NCBI GenBank assembly: GCA_951406725.2
Contig: OX597825.1
Location: 36,766,001-36,830,000 of the forward strand
DNA length: 64,000 bases
Source of the DNA: Octopus vulgaris
Taxonomy: Eukaryota
Direction of reading: 5' to 3'
Positions 13,248-27,165 of this stretch are shown here, piece after piece (within the stretch, counting starts at the first letter, position 1; the number at the start of each line of letters is the position of its first letter). Below the pieces are notes generated by a model. That model saw nothing but the letters and a program-made list of their open reading frames with translations. It did no database searches and was not told the DNA's origin. The position numbers and the translations under genes were made by a program.

Positions 13248-13576
13248 CACTATATATTTGGTGTTACTTTGCTTCAGTGTTATTTATTTTTTACATTAAT
13301 CTTAATCTTATTTCGGCCAGAGTTCTTTCATCACACTCCTGTGACCGCATCAGTGGTCCTTTGTTTTCTTCTTTCTTATTCATGTCTCTCCTTACTAACC
13401 ATCAGCCATACAAAATGGCTGACGGTTAGTAAGGAGAGACACAAATAAGAAAGAAGAAAACAAAGGACCACTGATGCGGTCACAGGAGTGTGACGAAAGA
13501 ACTCTGGCCGAAATAAGATTAAGATTAATGTAAAAAATAAATAACACTGAAGCAAAGTAACACCAAATATATAGTG
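13248..13576. repeat. Near-perfect palindrome (162-bp arms, 5-nt spacer), Penelope-like inverted terminus
   Basis: 13248-13409 is the reverse complement of 13415-13576, with a few transition mismatches. Confidence 0.9.
13465..13509 (+). ncRNA. Minimal hammerhead-like motif (non-canonical core)
   Basis: GGACCA-CTGATGC-g-GTCACA-ggag-TGTGAC-GAAA-gaac-TC-TGGCC. Stem II is perfect, stem I is partial, and core A9 is replaced by C. Confidence 0.5.
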
Positions 13577-13626
13577 CATGTGTTTTTATTGGCTAAACTG
13601 GCAAAAGGACCATTCCGAAATATAAT

Positions 13627-13698
<72 letters not shown>

Positions 13699-14934
13699 GT
13701 ATATACATATATATATATATTTATATATATATGTGTGTGTATGTATTTATATATATATACATATTACATATATATACATACACATATACATACATATATA
13801 TATACATACATTTATATACATACACACACACACACACACATATAGTAAAGACCCTCTTTTGCTCATGAATGACCATGGGATTGTGCCTAGAAAGTTCCCA
13901 TCTGAGGTTCAAGTCTGGGGAAAGTTGTTTATGGAAGACCAGCAGTCACCCATGCATACCAGCCTCCCCTCTCCACGCCATCAATATTAGCCAAGGGAAA
14001 GACAAAAGCCAATACAGCTTGGCACCAGTGATGCTGCAATTCATTTCTACAGCTAAGTGAGCTGGAGCAATGTGAAATGAAGTGCCTTGCTCAAGAACAC
14101 AACACACAGCTTAGTCCAGGAATCAAACTCACTACCACGTAACTGTGAGCCTAATGCTCTAACCACTGAGCCACACATATATATATACATGTATATTTAT
14201 ATATAAATATACATGTTTACACATATATTTGTATTGAAGACAGCAGTATAAAGAAGTGCGAATCACTGAAAGTGGAGGGTACCCACATAAGAGGGAGATC
14301 CAGGAAGACATGGGATGAAGTTGTATGGACCAGCCTCAGGATATTGGGCTTCCATGGACTGAGATGTCTGGTAATATGAAGTTCTTGAGAAAACCTGCCC
14401 ACGTTAGCAAAACTGAGTGCTAGAAGCACCGTGTGTTCCACTCACATGTAACAAGAAAACTTTTCACACATTCTACCCAACAAAAAACCAAACTACATCT
14501 CTTCTCTTCCTCACATCTCTTTCATGCACTATGCTTATCTCTCACTCCCCAATCCTGTCTTCACATCCAGGACTGGATTTAAACCAGGGGGCACTCAGGT
14601 CACTTCAAATTAGCAAATTTAAATCTCAAAACCCATGTATTGCATGTAATTGTATTTGATGAGTTAGCAGTGAAAGTTTAAATAAATGACTGAAAACATC
14701 ACTTCATAAATGGACTTGTCAAAATTCAAATTTTTTCCTCACACATCCACTTGCAGTGTTTGACTTTTCCTTTATTGTGAAAGGTACAATGGAGGAAAGA
14801 GGTGGGTAAGTTTATTTTTTCCTTTAATGCAAGTTTCCAAATGTAGAATATGATAAAATGACAGAAAATTACAAAAAAGAAAAATATATAATTTTAGTGG
14901 TGATTGTTCTAAAGGCACAATGGGTATATGTAAG

Positions 14935-15148
14935 GTGGTGAGCTGGCAGAAATGTTAGCATGCCAGATGAAATGGTTAGTGATATTTTGTCTGCCTTTAT
15001 GTTCTGAATTCAAATTCTGCTGAGGTTGACTTTGCCTTTCATCCTTTTGGGATCAATAAATTAAGTAGCAGTTGCAAACTAGGGTTGAACCAATCGACTG
15101 GTCTCTTCCCCCAAAATTTCAGGCCTTGTGCCTAGAGTAGAAAAGAAT
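14935..15148 (+). mobile_element. tRNA-derived SINE family 2
   Basis: gagctggcaga..gttagc head, B-box-like gaattcaaattc, then gactttgcctttcatcctt. Further copies at about 2350-2700, 25070-25245, 27675-28030, 54336-54500, 55075-55290, 57190-57400, 60725-60925 and 62975-63150. Confidence 0.8.
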
Positions 15149-15329
15149 GAGTGTGTGTGTGTGTGTGTGTGTGTTCGTGTGTGGGGAGGTGGGAAGGCAA
15201 ACATTTAAAAGACATGGATTTTTAAAACTTTTGTTTTAAAAAAGCTTCCCTTCATTGCTTTGCAAAAAAAAGGGGGGGGGAGGGGGATTCTGACAAAATT
15301 GGAGAAATTCCAACATATCTGGGACAGCT

Positions 15330-16888
15330 GTTCTAAAAGAATTCCATTTCTCCATCACATGACAACACATGAGTTCTGGTCTTCTTGCAGGTTTTTTTCA
15401 ATGGCAAGAACTAGTTCTTCTAGAATGCCATATGCTCAAAGGATTTTCAATGTTTTGTAATGATGGATGCTGTCACGCCTGTTATGTTGCTGAAGTCCAT
15501 GAAGGTTATAATGGCAGGTAGCGGTCTAGATTTAACTCCTATGATATGCCTCAGGGCTAAGATCTGAGATGTGGATCTCCCTGGTCTAAATCCATTTTGA
15601 TTTGATCTCGGCTGGCTACCAACCACTTGTTGACTCCTGTGGAGGATCATTCAGCTGATGACTTTGAGTGAGATATTGGACAGTGCAATTCCTCTGTAGT
15701 TTCATTGCCTAGGTTTCCTGACTTTGGGATTGGTATCAAGTCAATCTCAGACCACTGATTTGGACTTTCTTTGTTCTGCAAGAGCTTATTTGCAGAATCC
15801 AGTATTATTTAATCCAGATTGCCCCTTTTGATAACTTCAGGGGGAATTTCATCAGGGCCAGCAGTTTTCCCTCTTTCAGTCTACTTTTGGTATTCTGAAT
15901 TCTTCCAAATACTAGCTGGAGTGCTACAAGGAGATATGCTTGCACCATATCTGTTTGCAGTTGTAGTGGATTATGCAATGCATAATTTAATAGATAACAG
16001 TGATGAAGACCTTGGTTTCATCACAGACCAGCAAAATCATGGTGAGTGTCAGCAGTAACCACTACAGACCTGGACTTCACAGATGATATGACACTCATAT
16101 CTAATTGATCACTCATATCTAATAGATCATACCTAATAGGTTACTCATAGCTAATAGATCAAGCTCAACAGCTGCTCAGCAGAGTAAAAACATTGGCTGC
16201 TAAAACTGGACCTCACACAAATGTCAAGAAAAGGGAATACATGTCTTCCAACCAATCAAGTGATGCTGAACTGTTTGGTTCCAAATTGAATGTTGCTGAA
16301 GAATTCAAGTACTTAGATGGTTGGGTGAGCAGTTTGGAAGCAGACATCAAGATCAGGAAGGCATGGATACAAGCATGGACTGCCTGTCACAAACTAAAAA
16401 GCGTCTGGAACTCCAAATTGCCCAGGCAAATCAAAATCAAGCAGTTCATTGCAACTGTTGAATCGGTGCTATTATATGGTAATGAAATATGGACATTGAC
16501 AAAAAAATGAATTATCAAATGGGCTAGATGGATGCTAGACAAAGATACTATGAATGGCCCTAAATGTGAAATGGCAGCAACATATGACAAATGAATTGCC
16601 TTTCTGGAGACTTGCTGAAAGTTAGTGAGACGATCAGGCAAGGATGGCTGTGACTATCTGATCACTGCATGTGCCACCCTAAGCTGAGAACATCCAAATT
16701 AGTCTTGCGGAACCCACTTCATGGTGATGTAAGCAGAGGAATTCATCGTCACACATCAACAACTTGATTGCAGACATTGACCTGGAATGTGTCCAGGACC
16801 TCAGAGCAGTGATGATGGACTGAGAAGTGTGGCAGGTAGACTTTGTTGATGCAGCCTGGGTTGGAACCTGGCCATAATAATAAATAAT
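15330..16888 (+). mobile_element. Degenerate RTE-like LINE with inverted 5' segment
   Basis: Plus strand 15891-16888 encodes GVLQGDMLAPYLF, DLDFTDD, FKYLDG and VESVLLYGNEIWTL and ends in a (TAA) tail. Minus strand 15330-15890 encodes KTAGPDEIPPEV, NYRGIAL and NQNGFRPGRST. Confidence 0.8.
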
Positions 16889-17374
16889 ATTCTGAAAGTC
16901 TGCTTTTGCAGTTTCCAGTAAGGAGTACAATGAGTAATATTTATTGAATTTTGACTTAGAGAAAAAATATTTTTATAAATGTCCTCAATCTAACATAAAT
17001 GTTCTCTATCTACATCAGCTAAGCAAATGACTTTCTATAAATGCATTAAAAACATTATAACATATTCAGAACATTATTTTAGAAAATTATCTCCATTCTC
17101 TTTGAGCATATAAAAGACAAATTTAGATGAGGCAAAATGAGTGAGACAAGATAAGATAAATTTGTCGCTTCAGTTCTCCAGAATTACATTTGAAAAAAAT
17201 CCATACACAACAATATTCATTCTTAGACACCAGAAAAATCAGAAATTCTGTAAAAATTAAAATATAAGTCAATGAAAGGGAATCATGGAAAAATGGCACG
17301 ATATGAAATTAATGAAATTTGACTAAATCAAAAAAACTCAACATAGAATATTCTCTTTAGCATCTTCACGGTTT

Positions 17375-17860
17375 ACTGGAATGGTGCTCGACAGAATTCT
17401 GGTTTAAGCAACCCATATAACCTATCATAACTTTTTTAATTTTTGGAATTTTCAAAACATTTCTGCAAATTTGTGTTCTACTCATGAGAATTCATACAAC
17501 TATGTAAAAAGTTTTGATGAAATTAAAAATTCTTTTTTCTTTTAATCACAGACTGTCCGAATTTTTGACTTAAATCTCAGCAATAGATCATTAAATGTGT
17601 TCATGGGGAGAAAGATATTGAGAAGCATGAATACATCAGAGTGACTAAGAAACAAGAAGGGAATCAGGTGCTAAAAATAACAGCTTAATAACCCTTAAAT
17701 CACACACAAAAATGTTTGGTTTTTGCATAGTTGTAGCATTCCTGTGTGTAGAATACAAATTCTCAAACATTTTCTGAAAATTCCAAAAATTAAGAAAGTT
17801 ACGAGGGGGTTATACGGGGTACTTAAAGCAGAATTCCACCTGGCTCCCTTCCTGGTACAT
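17375..17860. mobile_element. MITE with about 110-bp diverged TIRs
   Basis: gaattctggtttaagcaaccc...ttaatttttggaattttca is mirrored by tgaaaattccaaaaattaag...gggtacttaaagcagaattc. Confidence 0.6.
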
Positions 17861-18576
17861 TTATACTTCATGCAGTTAAAGAGAAGAAATTATTGAAGTT
17901 AGTCATTACTCATTTTGCCCCAGATTAGACATCAGTTTTTGAAAATCGAAAATTATCAAGTTAGACATTAGCACGGGAAAAAATTGACTTGGAATCCAAA
18001 AGAGAAAAGAATTTATATTGTTAAATACCAAAAATTATATAGATATTTTATTAGCAGCCTCAATTACAACTGGATCAAAACTGAGGAAAAATTTCTTGAA
18101 AATGAAGTACTGTTACCTGAAGCTTTCCAAATGCTTCAACTGCAACAATAACAATGGTGGGAAAAGTTTACTCCCAAAGATGATGCAAGAGTACAAGATG
18201 GTGATGTAATACTTGTAATAAAATAGTTTGAAATAGGTAGTAAAAAGAAAAACAAAAAAATTGGTAATTACTCATGTTGCCCAGTTACCAGTTTTGCCCC
18301 ACCCCCTGTAGTTATTTCAAGTGTTTGACAAAATGACAAAAAAGTAGTGAAAAAAGAAAGAAAAAGATACAATTTAATGAAAAATATGTGAGCATAAAAG
18401 CAATAATTCTAAAGATGGGGAAAAAATGCTTTGAGCTGTTGAGAGATGTAATTAAAACTAAATTCAAATTAAAATTTTGAGACATATTCATTACTCGTCC
18501 TTTCATAAAATAAGACCAATTTTCAATGCTTCACTGAAATGATGAAGTTTATGATGATAGTATAAGTGTGTGCATA

Positions 18577-18610
<34 letters not shown>

Positions 18611-18719
18611 TGCCCTTGGTCAATCTAAGGTTACATGCCTTGAAAGAAGGAATTTGAGCTAGAGGTAATACATAACTTACTTCTATCAGTCTCTTTATCT
18701 ATCTTTATATACATTCATA

Positions 18720-18769
<50 letters not shown>

Positions 18770-19484
18770 TACATGCACACACAGATACATACATGGATAT
18801 TTGGGAGTATTTTGTTGTTTACCTTTTGTTGGTCAATGTTCCAAAAGCAGCTACAATTAATTTCCAAGGGAACTGTAGCTGCTTTGGGACTAAGTAGCAA
18901 AGTGTTTTTTAATTGAATGAATTGATGTCACTAATATAGCAAAAACTATGGTTATTTATCAGAAAAGAGGATCCATTACATTTTTTTAAGATATGTTTGT
19001 TTATTGAAAGAGAGCATCTGCTAGAAAGAGTGTCGAAAGGTGAGGATTCCCCTGTATTGAGTGCTACATACTTTTCATAGCAGGTGAGTCCAATATCCCT
19101 TTGACCCCTATAAATCCAGTCCTGCTCATGCCCCTGTATCCCCCACCTCTATATACCACTCACTACATTCTCCTCCCCCACTCTCTACTTAGGCTTCTTT
19201 AGCAATGCCATACCACAGATTATATCCTCTGTACTTCAAGTGTATGCCCTAGCACCATCTCTCTCTCTCTCGCTCTCTTACTCAACCATCCCATTTATAT
19301 TCTGATCCTTGTCCCTTGTGAGTATGCCTGGTACTTTGCCACCATCTCTCTCCTGCTCTCTCTTGCACTTCTGCTGTCTCCCACTCTCTCTCCCCTTCTC
19401 CTGCTCTTCCCTCGGGTTGGGTAACCATGTATCTCAACCAGCATTGGTTGTCAAGCGATGTTAGAGGACAAACACACACACATA

Positions 19485-19646
19485 CAACAAGCTTCTTTCA
19501 GTTTCTGTCTACCAAATTCACTCACTAGGCTTTGGTTAGCCTGAGTCTATAGTAGAAGGCACTTGCCCAAGATGCCGTGTAGTGAGACTGAACCTGGAAC
19601 CATGTGGTTGGTTAGCAAGCTACTTACCACACAGCCACTCCTGTGC

Positions 19647-19650
<4 letters not shown>
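19485..19650 (-). mobile_element. tRNA-derived SINE family 3
   Basis: Minus strand gtggctgtgtggtaag...ggttccaggttcagtc...ttgggcaagtg..ttctactatag. Related copies at about 700-860, 20477-20570, 21330-21465 and 44835-44970. Confidence 0.75.
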
Positions 19651-19710
<60 letters not shown>

Positions 19711-20789
19711 AATACACACACATACACACACAAGCGCGCACACACACACACATACATAGACACACATACAAACACAGACATATATGTACATATATATCAA
19801 ACTGTCAGGCTACCACATTCTTTCAAGAATATCATAATATGACGAAGATAAGCAAAAATCTCTGCTCGACATCATACCAAGTTGTTTTTCATGGCAAAAA
19901 GTAATTGCATTCTTCTCAACCAGAAGTCACAATACTCTCTAGAGTTCTATTCCACAAATAATGCAGAATTATTTCATCATATAAACATAGACCTACAATT
20001 TTCTCTGACTATAAAATAAGGGAATTATAATACATTGTTTGAAAGAACTTGTACCTCAGCATCAAACATAAAGCATTTATCTCTTTTCAGGTCAATTTTC
20101 CACAAGGATTACTGTGAAATTATTTGAAAAAGAAATCTGCAAACTGAACTGGACCAGATTTTTCTCGATTCAAACCACTGGCATGACATGAAACTGAAGC
20201 AATTTATGTCTATAATGTAAGGCAAATGCAGTAAATATGTCCCAAAGTGGAAGATTAACTTTTATAAAAATACTATTCTCACAAGCAAAAGTTATTTTTA
20301 TGTGATAAATAACACAGTTTGTAAATTATTTGAATGGCTTAACAAGTAAAAGTGGGGAAAACTCCACTGAAAATTGTCTTCATCGTAATTGAGAAAAAAT
20401 ATTTGCTGATAATAATGAGATCAGTGAAAAGAATCAATGCAGTAAAAAAGCAAAAAAACAAACAAAAAACAATCCTGGTTGTGTGGTTAAGAAGGTCCCT
20501 TTGCAACCACATGATTTTGAGTTCAGTCCCACTGCACAGCACCTTCGGCAAGTGCCTTCTACTATAGCACTGTGAATTTCTAATGCTGGCACGGGTTGGA
20601 TGATTTGACAGGAGCTGCCCAGACTCCAAATTGTCTGTTGTGGCATGGTTTCCTAATACCAACCACTTTACAGAGTGTGCTGGGGGAATTTTAAATGCTA
20701 TCGGTATGGGTGTATTTATGCAGCATTGGCACAAGTGCCTTTTTTGTGGCACCGGCACCTGTAAAGGACAAGCCTTTATGTATAGATGA

Positions 20790-21220
20790 CAGTGATTTTA
20801 TTTAGCTTGGCATGTCTTCTCAAGTAGAGCAAATTGCCATGTTTCCTGGTTCCTTGTTATTTCCTCAGTGGGGCCCAGCATCTGAAGATCCTTTCTCACC
20901 ATTTTGTCCCTAATTTGGTCTACCTCTTCCACAGTTAGAGCTTGGCACATCTTTATGCAGCTCTCCTCATCCATACACACCACATGACCAAACCAGCACA
21001 GTCTTCTCTCTTGCACACATCTGATGCCTCTTATACCCAGTTTTCCTCTTAAGTCATTTACATTGTCATGTGCACACTGACATTACCCATCCAGTGGAGC
21101 TTGCTAGCTTAATTTCTTTCAAGCCTTTGCAAGTCTTCTGTAGTCAAAGTCCATGTTTCACTGACATGTAGCATAGCTGTATGTGCAAAGGCATCATACA
21201 ATCTGCTTTTCACTATGAGG
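20790..21220 (-). mobile_element. RTE LINE 3' remnant
   Basis: QERRLCWFGHVVCMDEESCIK is an RTE C-terminal motif. Related remnants at about 9860-10200 and 14240-14420. Confidence 0.75.
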
Positions 21221-21454
21221 TCAAATTCCACCACATTGACTTTGCCTTTCATCTTTTTGGGGTCAGTAAGATAAGTACCAATCACCTTACAGAGTGGACA
21301 GTGCTTTTTTTGTATATATATTCATAAGTGAGGTTGTGTGGTAAGAAGCTTGCTTCCCAACCGCATGCTTCTGGGTTCGATCCCACTGTGTAGCACTTTG
21401 AGTAAGTGTCTTCTACTATAGCCTCAAGTCAACCAAAGCCTTAAGTGGATTTGG

Positions 21455-22240
21455 AAACTGAAAGACACCTGTTGTCGTCTTTGTATCATTTATCTGACTG
21501 GATGTTTTATTGTTGTCTGTTGCATTCTTTTTCCACTTTTAAAAATTTACATATACATATAGCAGCATACTTATACTTTTGCTCACCTTGTAAGTATGCA
21601 TCTAAATTCTGTAGGACTCTTTTCCTCTTTCTTTTAGTCCCCCTCATACCTACTTCTTTCTTTTTCTCACTCACCCTCTCTCACATTTCTTAGCCTTCTC
21701 TTTCTTTAATCTCCCTACTTTCCCTCCTCGTTTATCTCCCATGTACTTTTCTCTATGTCCCTTTGATTTCCTTTCTCATTCTTCCCCTTACCTCTCTCCT
21801 TTCCTTTCACATGACCATTCTTTGGCCAAGTGTGATCTTTCTTTCTTGGCTCAACTGCCGGCCACGAAGCATCTCTTATATTCCTGTCTCATGACTTTCA
21901 TCTCTTATGTTCATCTATGTTCCTGCCTCAAGGCTTTCACTCTACACATGCCAACTCAACTTGATTTGTCTTTATTGGTTGAAAGACACCTGTTGTTATT
22001 TTCTTGTTGTTTGTATTTGTAATTGTGTATTATGTTCTCCATATTTTTGTCTTTGTTGTCGTACACATTCGCTTGCTATCTCCCAAAAAATTTAATGCTC
22101 TTAACTTATATTTTTGGGATCAACCAGATTTGACAGTCTCAAGTGTAACTGGCCAAAACTGTAAGGATGATCTGGAAACTTAATTGATGAGAGAAGGCTG
22201 TGAATGACCCATGCTTTTTCCTGTCCGCCTTTGTATCTGT
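21455..22240 (+). mobile_element. Pyrimidine-rich retroelement terminus (probably Penelope-like)
   Basis: Direct repeat tgaaagacacctgttgt at about 21460 and 21980. 22080-22235 resembles the reverse complement of 43690-43900. Confidence 0.4.
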
Positions 22241-23388
22241 TGTGTTCTTGCTTCATTTTATATATGTATATATTTCTATTTATGTATGTATGTATGTATA
22301 TATATCTATGTGTGTGTGTATCTTTGTGTCTGCATTTGTCCCCTACAACTGCTTAACAACTGGTGTTGGTGCATTTATATCCCTTGTAACCTAGCAGTTT
22401 GGCAAAAGAGACCAGTAAAAGAAGTATCAGGCTTTAAAAAATAAGTCCTGGGGTCGATTTGTTCAAATAAAAATCCTTCAAGGCAGTGCCCCAGCATGGC
22501 TGCAGTCCAGTGACGAAAACAAAAAAAAATATAAAAGATAAAAGATATATGTTACATATGTGTGTATGTGTTTGTGTGTGTGTGCATGTGTGTATATATA
22601 TATATATGTATGTATGTATGTATGTATACATATGCACACACACACACGCTTTGTTCTGTGAATCTTACTTATTGTGGGTATAATATAGAAAGCCTCAAAA
22701 CTGCAGTAGATATTAAATACTGGGGTGAGCTGCTTGGTTATAAAACTCTTCAAAGCAGTGCACCAGCATGGCCACAGTCCAAACAAATAAAAAGTTAAAA
22801 AACTCCAAATGTTTCTACAGGTTTGAAAAGAAAAAAAAATAGGAAGGAAAAATAACACAGCTTTAATTTAGTTCAAAATATTGGCTTCAAATTTTGGCAT
22901 GAGGACAGTGATATGTGGCACATTGCTAAACTCGTGAAGACCTGCCCACCACAACAGAATTGAGATCCTAAAACAAAAGTGCTACGAAAAAAGCATTGGT
23001 GATGGTGCCATGTAAAAAGCAGCACCCAGTACACTCTGAGGAGTGGTTGGTGTTAGGAAGGACAGCCAGCAATAGAAACCAAACCAAAACAGACTACAGA
23101 ACCTGATGCATCTCCTGGCCTTGCCAGTTCCTGTTAAGCCATCCAATCCATACCAGTATGTTGATGATGATGATGATAAAGGATGTGCAATGAAAACCAA
23201 CCTCTTTACCAATCAGACAAGTTTACTCACCAATGGCCCAACAATGTGACAGGTTGTACTGGGTTACATGTTACCTGTGATACTAAGAGTAACCTGTTAT
23301 AAATACATGCAATCATTCATTCATATATGTATGCATGGATGTACACATACATACATGCATTCACATTCCATTCATATCTATCTATCTA

Positions 23389-23420
<32 letters not shown>

Positions 23421-24340
23421 CATATATATACACACATGCACATCATTGTGAAGGAAACTACTTGTCTACACAGCCATGCTTGCACCTATAATGATTCAAT
23501 AACTTTTTTAAAATTAAATATCTTAAAAGGTGCTTAATTATCAGGAAAAATAGGAAATTATATTACTGAAACTTATGATTTAAAGCTGTATTAATTACAA
23601 GGCCATATTAATAATATTATAGACTTTCATAATTCTATAATTTTTATATAAACATATAGATTTTGCTTCATTGATTTTGTTTATATATTTATAAATAATG
23701 TTTGTAAAATATAATTATTTTATATTCAAAAGAATTATTTTAAATAAATTAAACTTTTGATATATATTTATAGATTGTTTTGTGCTGTAAGTTTTTGGAG
23801 TATTTAATTTCCATAGCTCATATTCTTCCAACTCACAGATTGTAAGAGAAATACTTAATGAACTATTTAACAGTGTTTGCATTACTTCACTGGTTCACAT
23901 TGAAATTGATGAGTAGCTTGATGCCATGTGTCTCTGCAACCAATTCTGCAGAGACATGACAACCATCAGTTAAAAAACAACAAGAAAACAAAGCAAAATA
24001 AAGTATCAACATTAGGTAAAATGAAATTGAACTAAGCAACAGTCTTGAATGTTCCTTTTTAATCTTATATCTTTCACTTGTTTCGCTCATTAAGCTGTGG
24101 CCAAACTGGAGCACCACCTTGAAAGGTTCACTCAAATAAACCAACCCCAGGACTTATATTTTAAGCCTGATACATATTATATTGCTATCTTGGGGCTGAA
24201 CCACTAAGTTATGGGAATGTAAACAAATGTACAGCAGTTGTCAGGCAGTGGTAGTGGGTACAAATACAAACATAAAGACAAATGAACAGACAGACACACA
24301 TGTATACATGTGTGTGTGTTCGTATGTGTGTGGTGTGTGT

Positions 24341-25000
24341 GGAGGCACACTCGCCCAGTGGTTAGAATAGTGGACTCGGGGTCATAGGATCACGGTTTAG
24401 ATTTCCAGACCAGGTGTTGTGAGTGTTTCATCATCATCATCATCATTTAGCGTCCGCTTTCCATGCTGGCATGGGTTGGACAGTGCAACTGGGGTCTGGG
24501 AAGCCAGAAGGCTGCACAAAGCCCAGTCTGATCTGGCAATGTTTCTACGGCTGGATACCCTTCCTAACGCCGACCACTCCATGAGTGTAGTGGGTGCTTT
24601 TTACGTGCCAGACGAGGCTGGCAAACGGCCACAATCGGATGGTGCTTTTTACATGCCACCGGTACGGAGGCCAGGTGAGGCTGGCAACGGCCACGATTGG
24701 ATTGTGCTTTTTATTGAGTGAAATCACCTAAAAGCTCCATGAGGCTCCGGCAGGGAGTGGTGGCGAACCCTGCTGAACTCTTTCGCCACAACTTTCACTC
24801 TTTCTTCCTGTTTCTGTTATACCTGTATTTCAAAGGGTCAGCCTTGTCACACTCTGTGTCAGGCTGAATCTCCCCGAGAACTACGTTAAGGGTACACATG
24901 TCTGTGGATTGGTCAGCCACTTGCATGTTAATTTCATGAGCAGGCTGTTCCGTTGATCGGATCAACTGGAACCCTCGTCATCGTAACCATCGGAGTGCCA
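24341..25000 (+). mobile_element. tRNA-derived SINE family 4 with a nested family-1 insertion (about 24430-24712)
   Basis: Head cccagtggttag...ggtttagatttcc and tail gttccgttgatcggatcaactggaaccctcgtcatcgtaacc. A minus-strand relative lies at about 55580-55890. Confidence 0.75.
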
Positions 25001-26030
25001 CAAATATATATTTAATTCTTTATTGCCAAAAGGGGCTAAACATAGAGGGGACAAACAAGGACAGACAACGGGACTAAATCGATTACATCAACCCCAGTGC
25101 ATAACTGGTACTTATTTAATCAACCCTGAAAGGATGAAAGGCAAAGTCGACCTCAGCGGAATTTGAATTCAGAACTCAGTGGCAGACGAAATCCTGCTAA
25201 GCATTTCGCCTCGCGTGCTAACGATTCTGCCAGCATGCCGCCTTCAACCATGTGTCGGTGGCACATAAAAAGCACCCACTACACTCACGGAGTGGTTGGC
25301 GTTAGGAAGGGCATCCAGCTGTAGAAACACTGCCAGATCTGACTGGCCTGGTGCAGCCTTCGGGCTTCCCAGACCCCAGTTGAACCGTCCAACCCATGCT
25401 AGCATGGAAAGCGGACGTTAAACGATGATGATGATGATGATGATGATATATATATGTTTGCATGTATGTGTGTGTGTGTGTATAGTTTACTTTTCTGTTA
25501 TTAGTAGGATCCACAGAATAGTAATCCATTTAGTGAGTGATATATATATATATATAGAGAGAGAGAAGGAGAGAGAGAAAATAAATAATGAAAGAAAGTG
25601 AGGACATGAGAGTGTCAAAAGTCAGAAAATGGAGAATCTACTATCCAAAACACAACAGGTTTGCAAGTTGAACAGACAGTGAAGTTCTCAATCACAGAGA
25701 AACTACTTGATTCCTGAGTGCAATAAAGAAGGTGAAAATTCTAACAAGAAGTCAATGATCAGTATGAGTTGGAGAATAGAAGTGCTACAAAATGATTACT
25801 AGTAACACAAGTAAAAATGGAGGACAACTTGAAGCAGAAATATGAAAATACTACTGAGAAGAAGTAGATGTAAACCTTGCAATTTTTGACAGGTACTACA
25901 CTAGTATACGTACTGTATATAGTAACATAGATATAAGCATATACATATCTGTATGTATATACTTATATCTATGTTAGTATACATACACAGACACACACAC
26001 ACATATGTCCCTCTCTCTCTCTCCCTACAT

Positions 26031-26069
<39 letters not shown>

Positions 26070-26202
26070 AACACACACACACACGTATGTATGTATGTAT
26101 ATATATGTATGTGATTGTAAACATATATGTATATGTATATGTGCATGTGTGTGTGTATATATATATATATATGTATGTATGTATGTACGTATATATATAT
26201 AC

Positions 26203-26235
<33 letters not shown>

Positions 26236-26589
26236 GATATATATGAAAGAAAAAGACAATTAGGGAAATGGAATGTGTTTAACCAACATTTCTGCCATTT
26301 GTTTCTTTCCTGACTTCAAATCTAATACAAATCATATTTGTGTCCGATTGCTGGAAACCAAAACTGTATTCTTGAATTGATGTAAATTTTCAAAAGATTT
26401 TTGATTTTATTACATTTTTTAGCTTTATTTTCATTTATTCATTTATCTATTTTTGTTTTTTTTCGCCATATTACGCCTTACTGAATTAATTTCCTATTGA
26501 AATGTTTGTTTTTTCGCCATAAGTATTGAACAAAGAAAGAAAAAAAAAAGGAACAAGCAAAACTAAAAAAAAAAGGAAGATAAAAAAGA

Positions 26590-27111
26590 AACAACAACCA
26601 CAACAACATCATCTCATCATCATCATCATCAACAGCAACAACAACAACAGTGAGAACAACAACAATAACAACAGTGGCAAAACAACATCATCATCATCAT
26701 CAACAACTGTGGCAACAACAACAACAGTGGTAACAACAACCACATCATATCACCATCAACAACAACAGCAGTTGCAACAACAACAACAACAACATCATCA
26801 TCATCAACAACAACAGCAGTGGCAACAACAATAACAAAAGTGGCAACAACAACAACAGTTGCAACCACCAGCACCACCACAACCTCCACCAGCACATCAT
26901 CATCATCATCATCAGCCTCATCATCTTCATCATAAACAGCAACAAGAACATCAGCAGCTGCAGCAGCAAGAAGAATACAGCTACAACAGCATCAACAGCG
27001 ATGACAACATTCACAAGCACTACCATTGCCCCTACCCACTACTAAAACAACAACAACAACAATGGCATCATCATCATCAAAACAACAGCAGCAAGTATAA
27101 CAACAACAACA

Positions 27112-27163
<52 letters not shown>

Positions 27164-27165
27164 TA
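26590..27165. repeat. Compound trinucleotide microsatellite (CAA/CAT/CAG/CTA)
   Basis: Read directly; the reading frames are broken by stops. Confidence 0.9.

Noticed and set aside
20091-20216. Plus-strand 126-nt exon-like segment (ttttcag|...|gtaagg)
   Set aside because: Stops in all three frames and no supporting neighbouring exons
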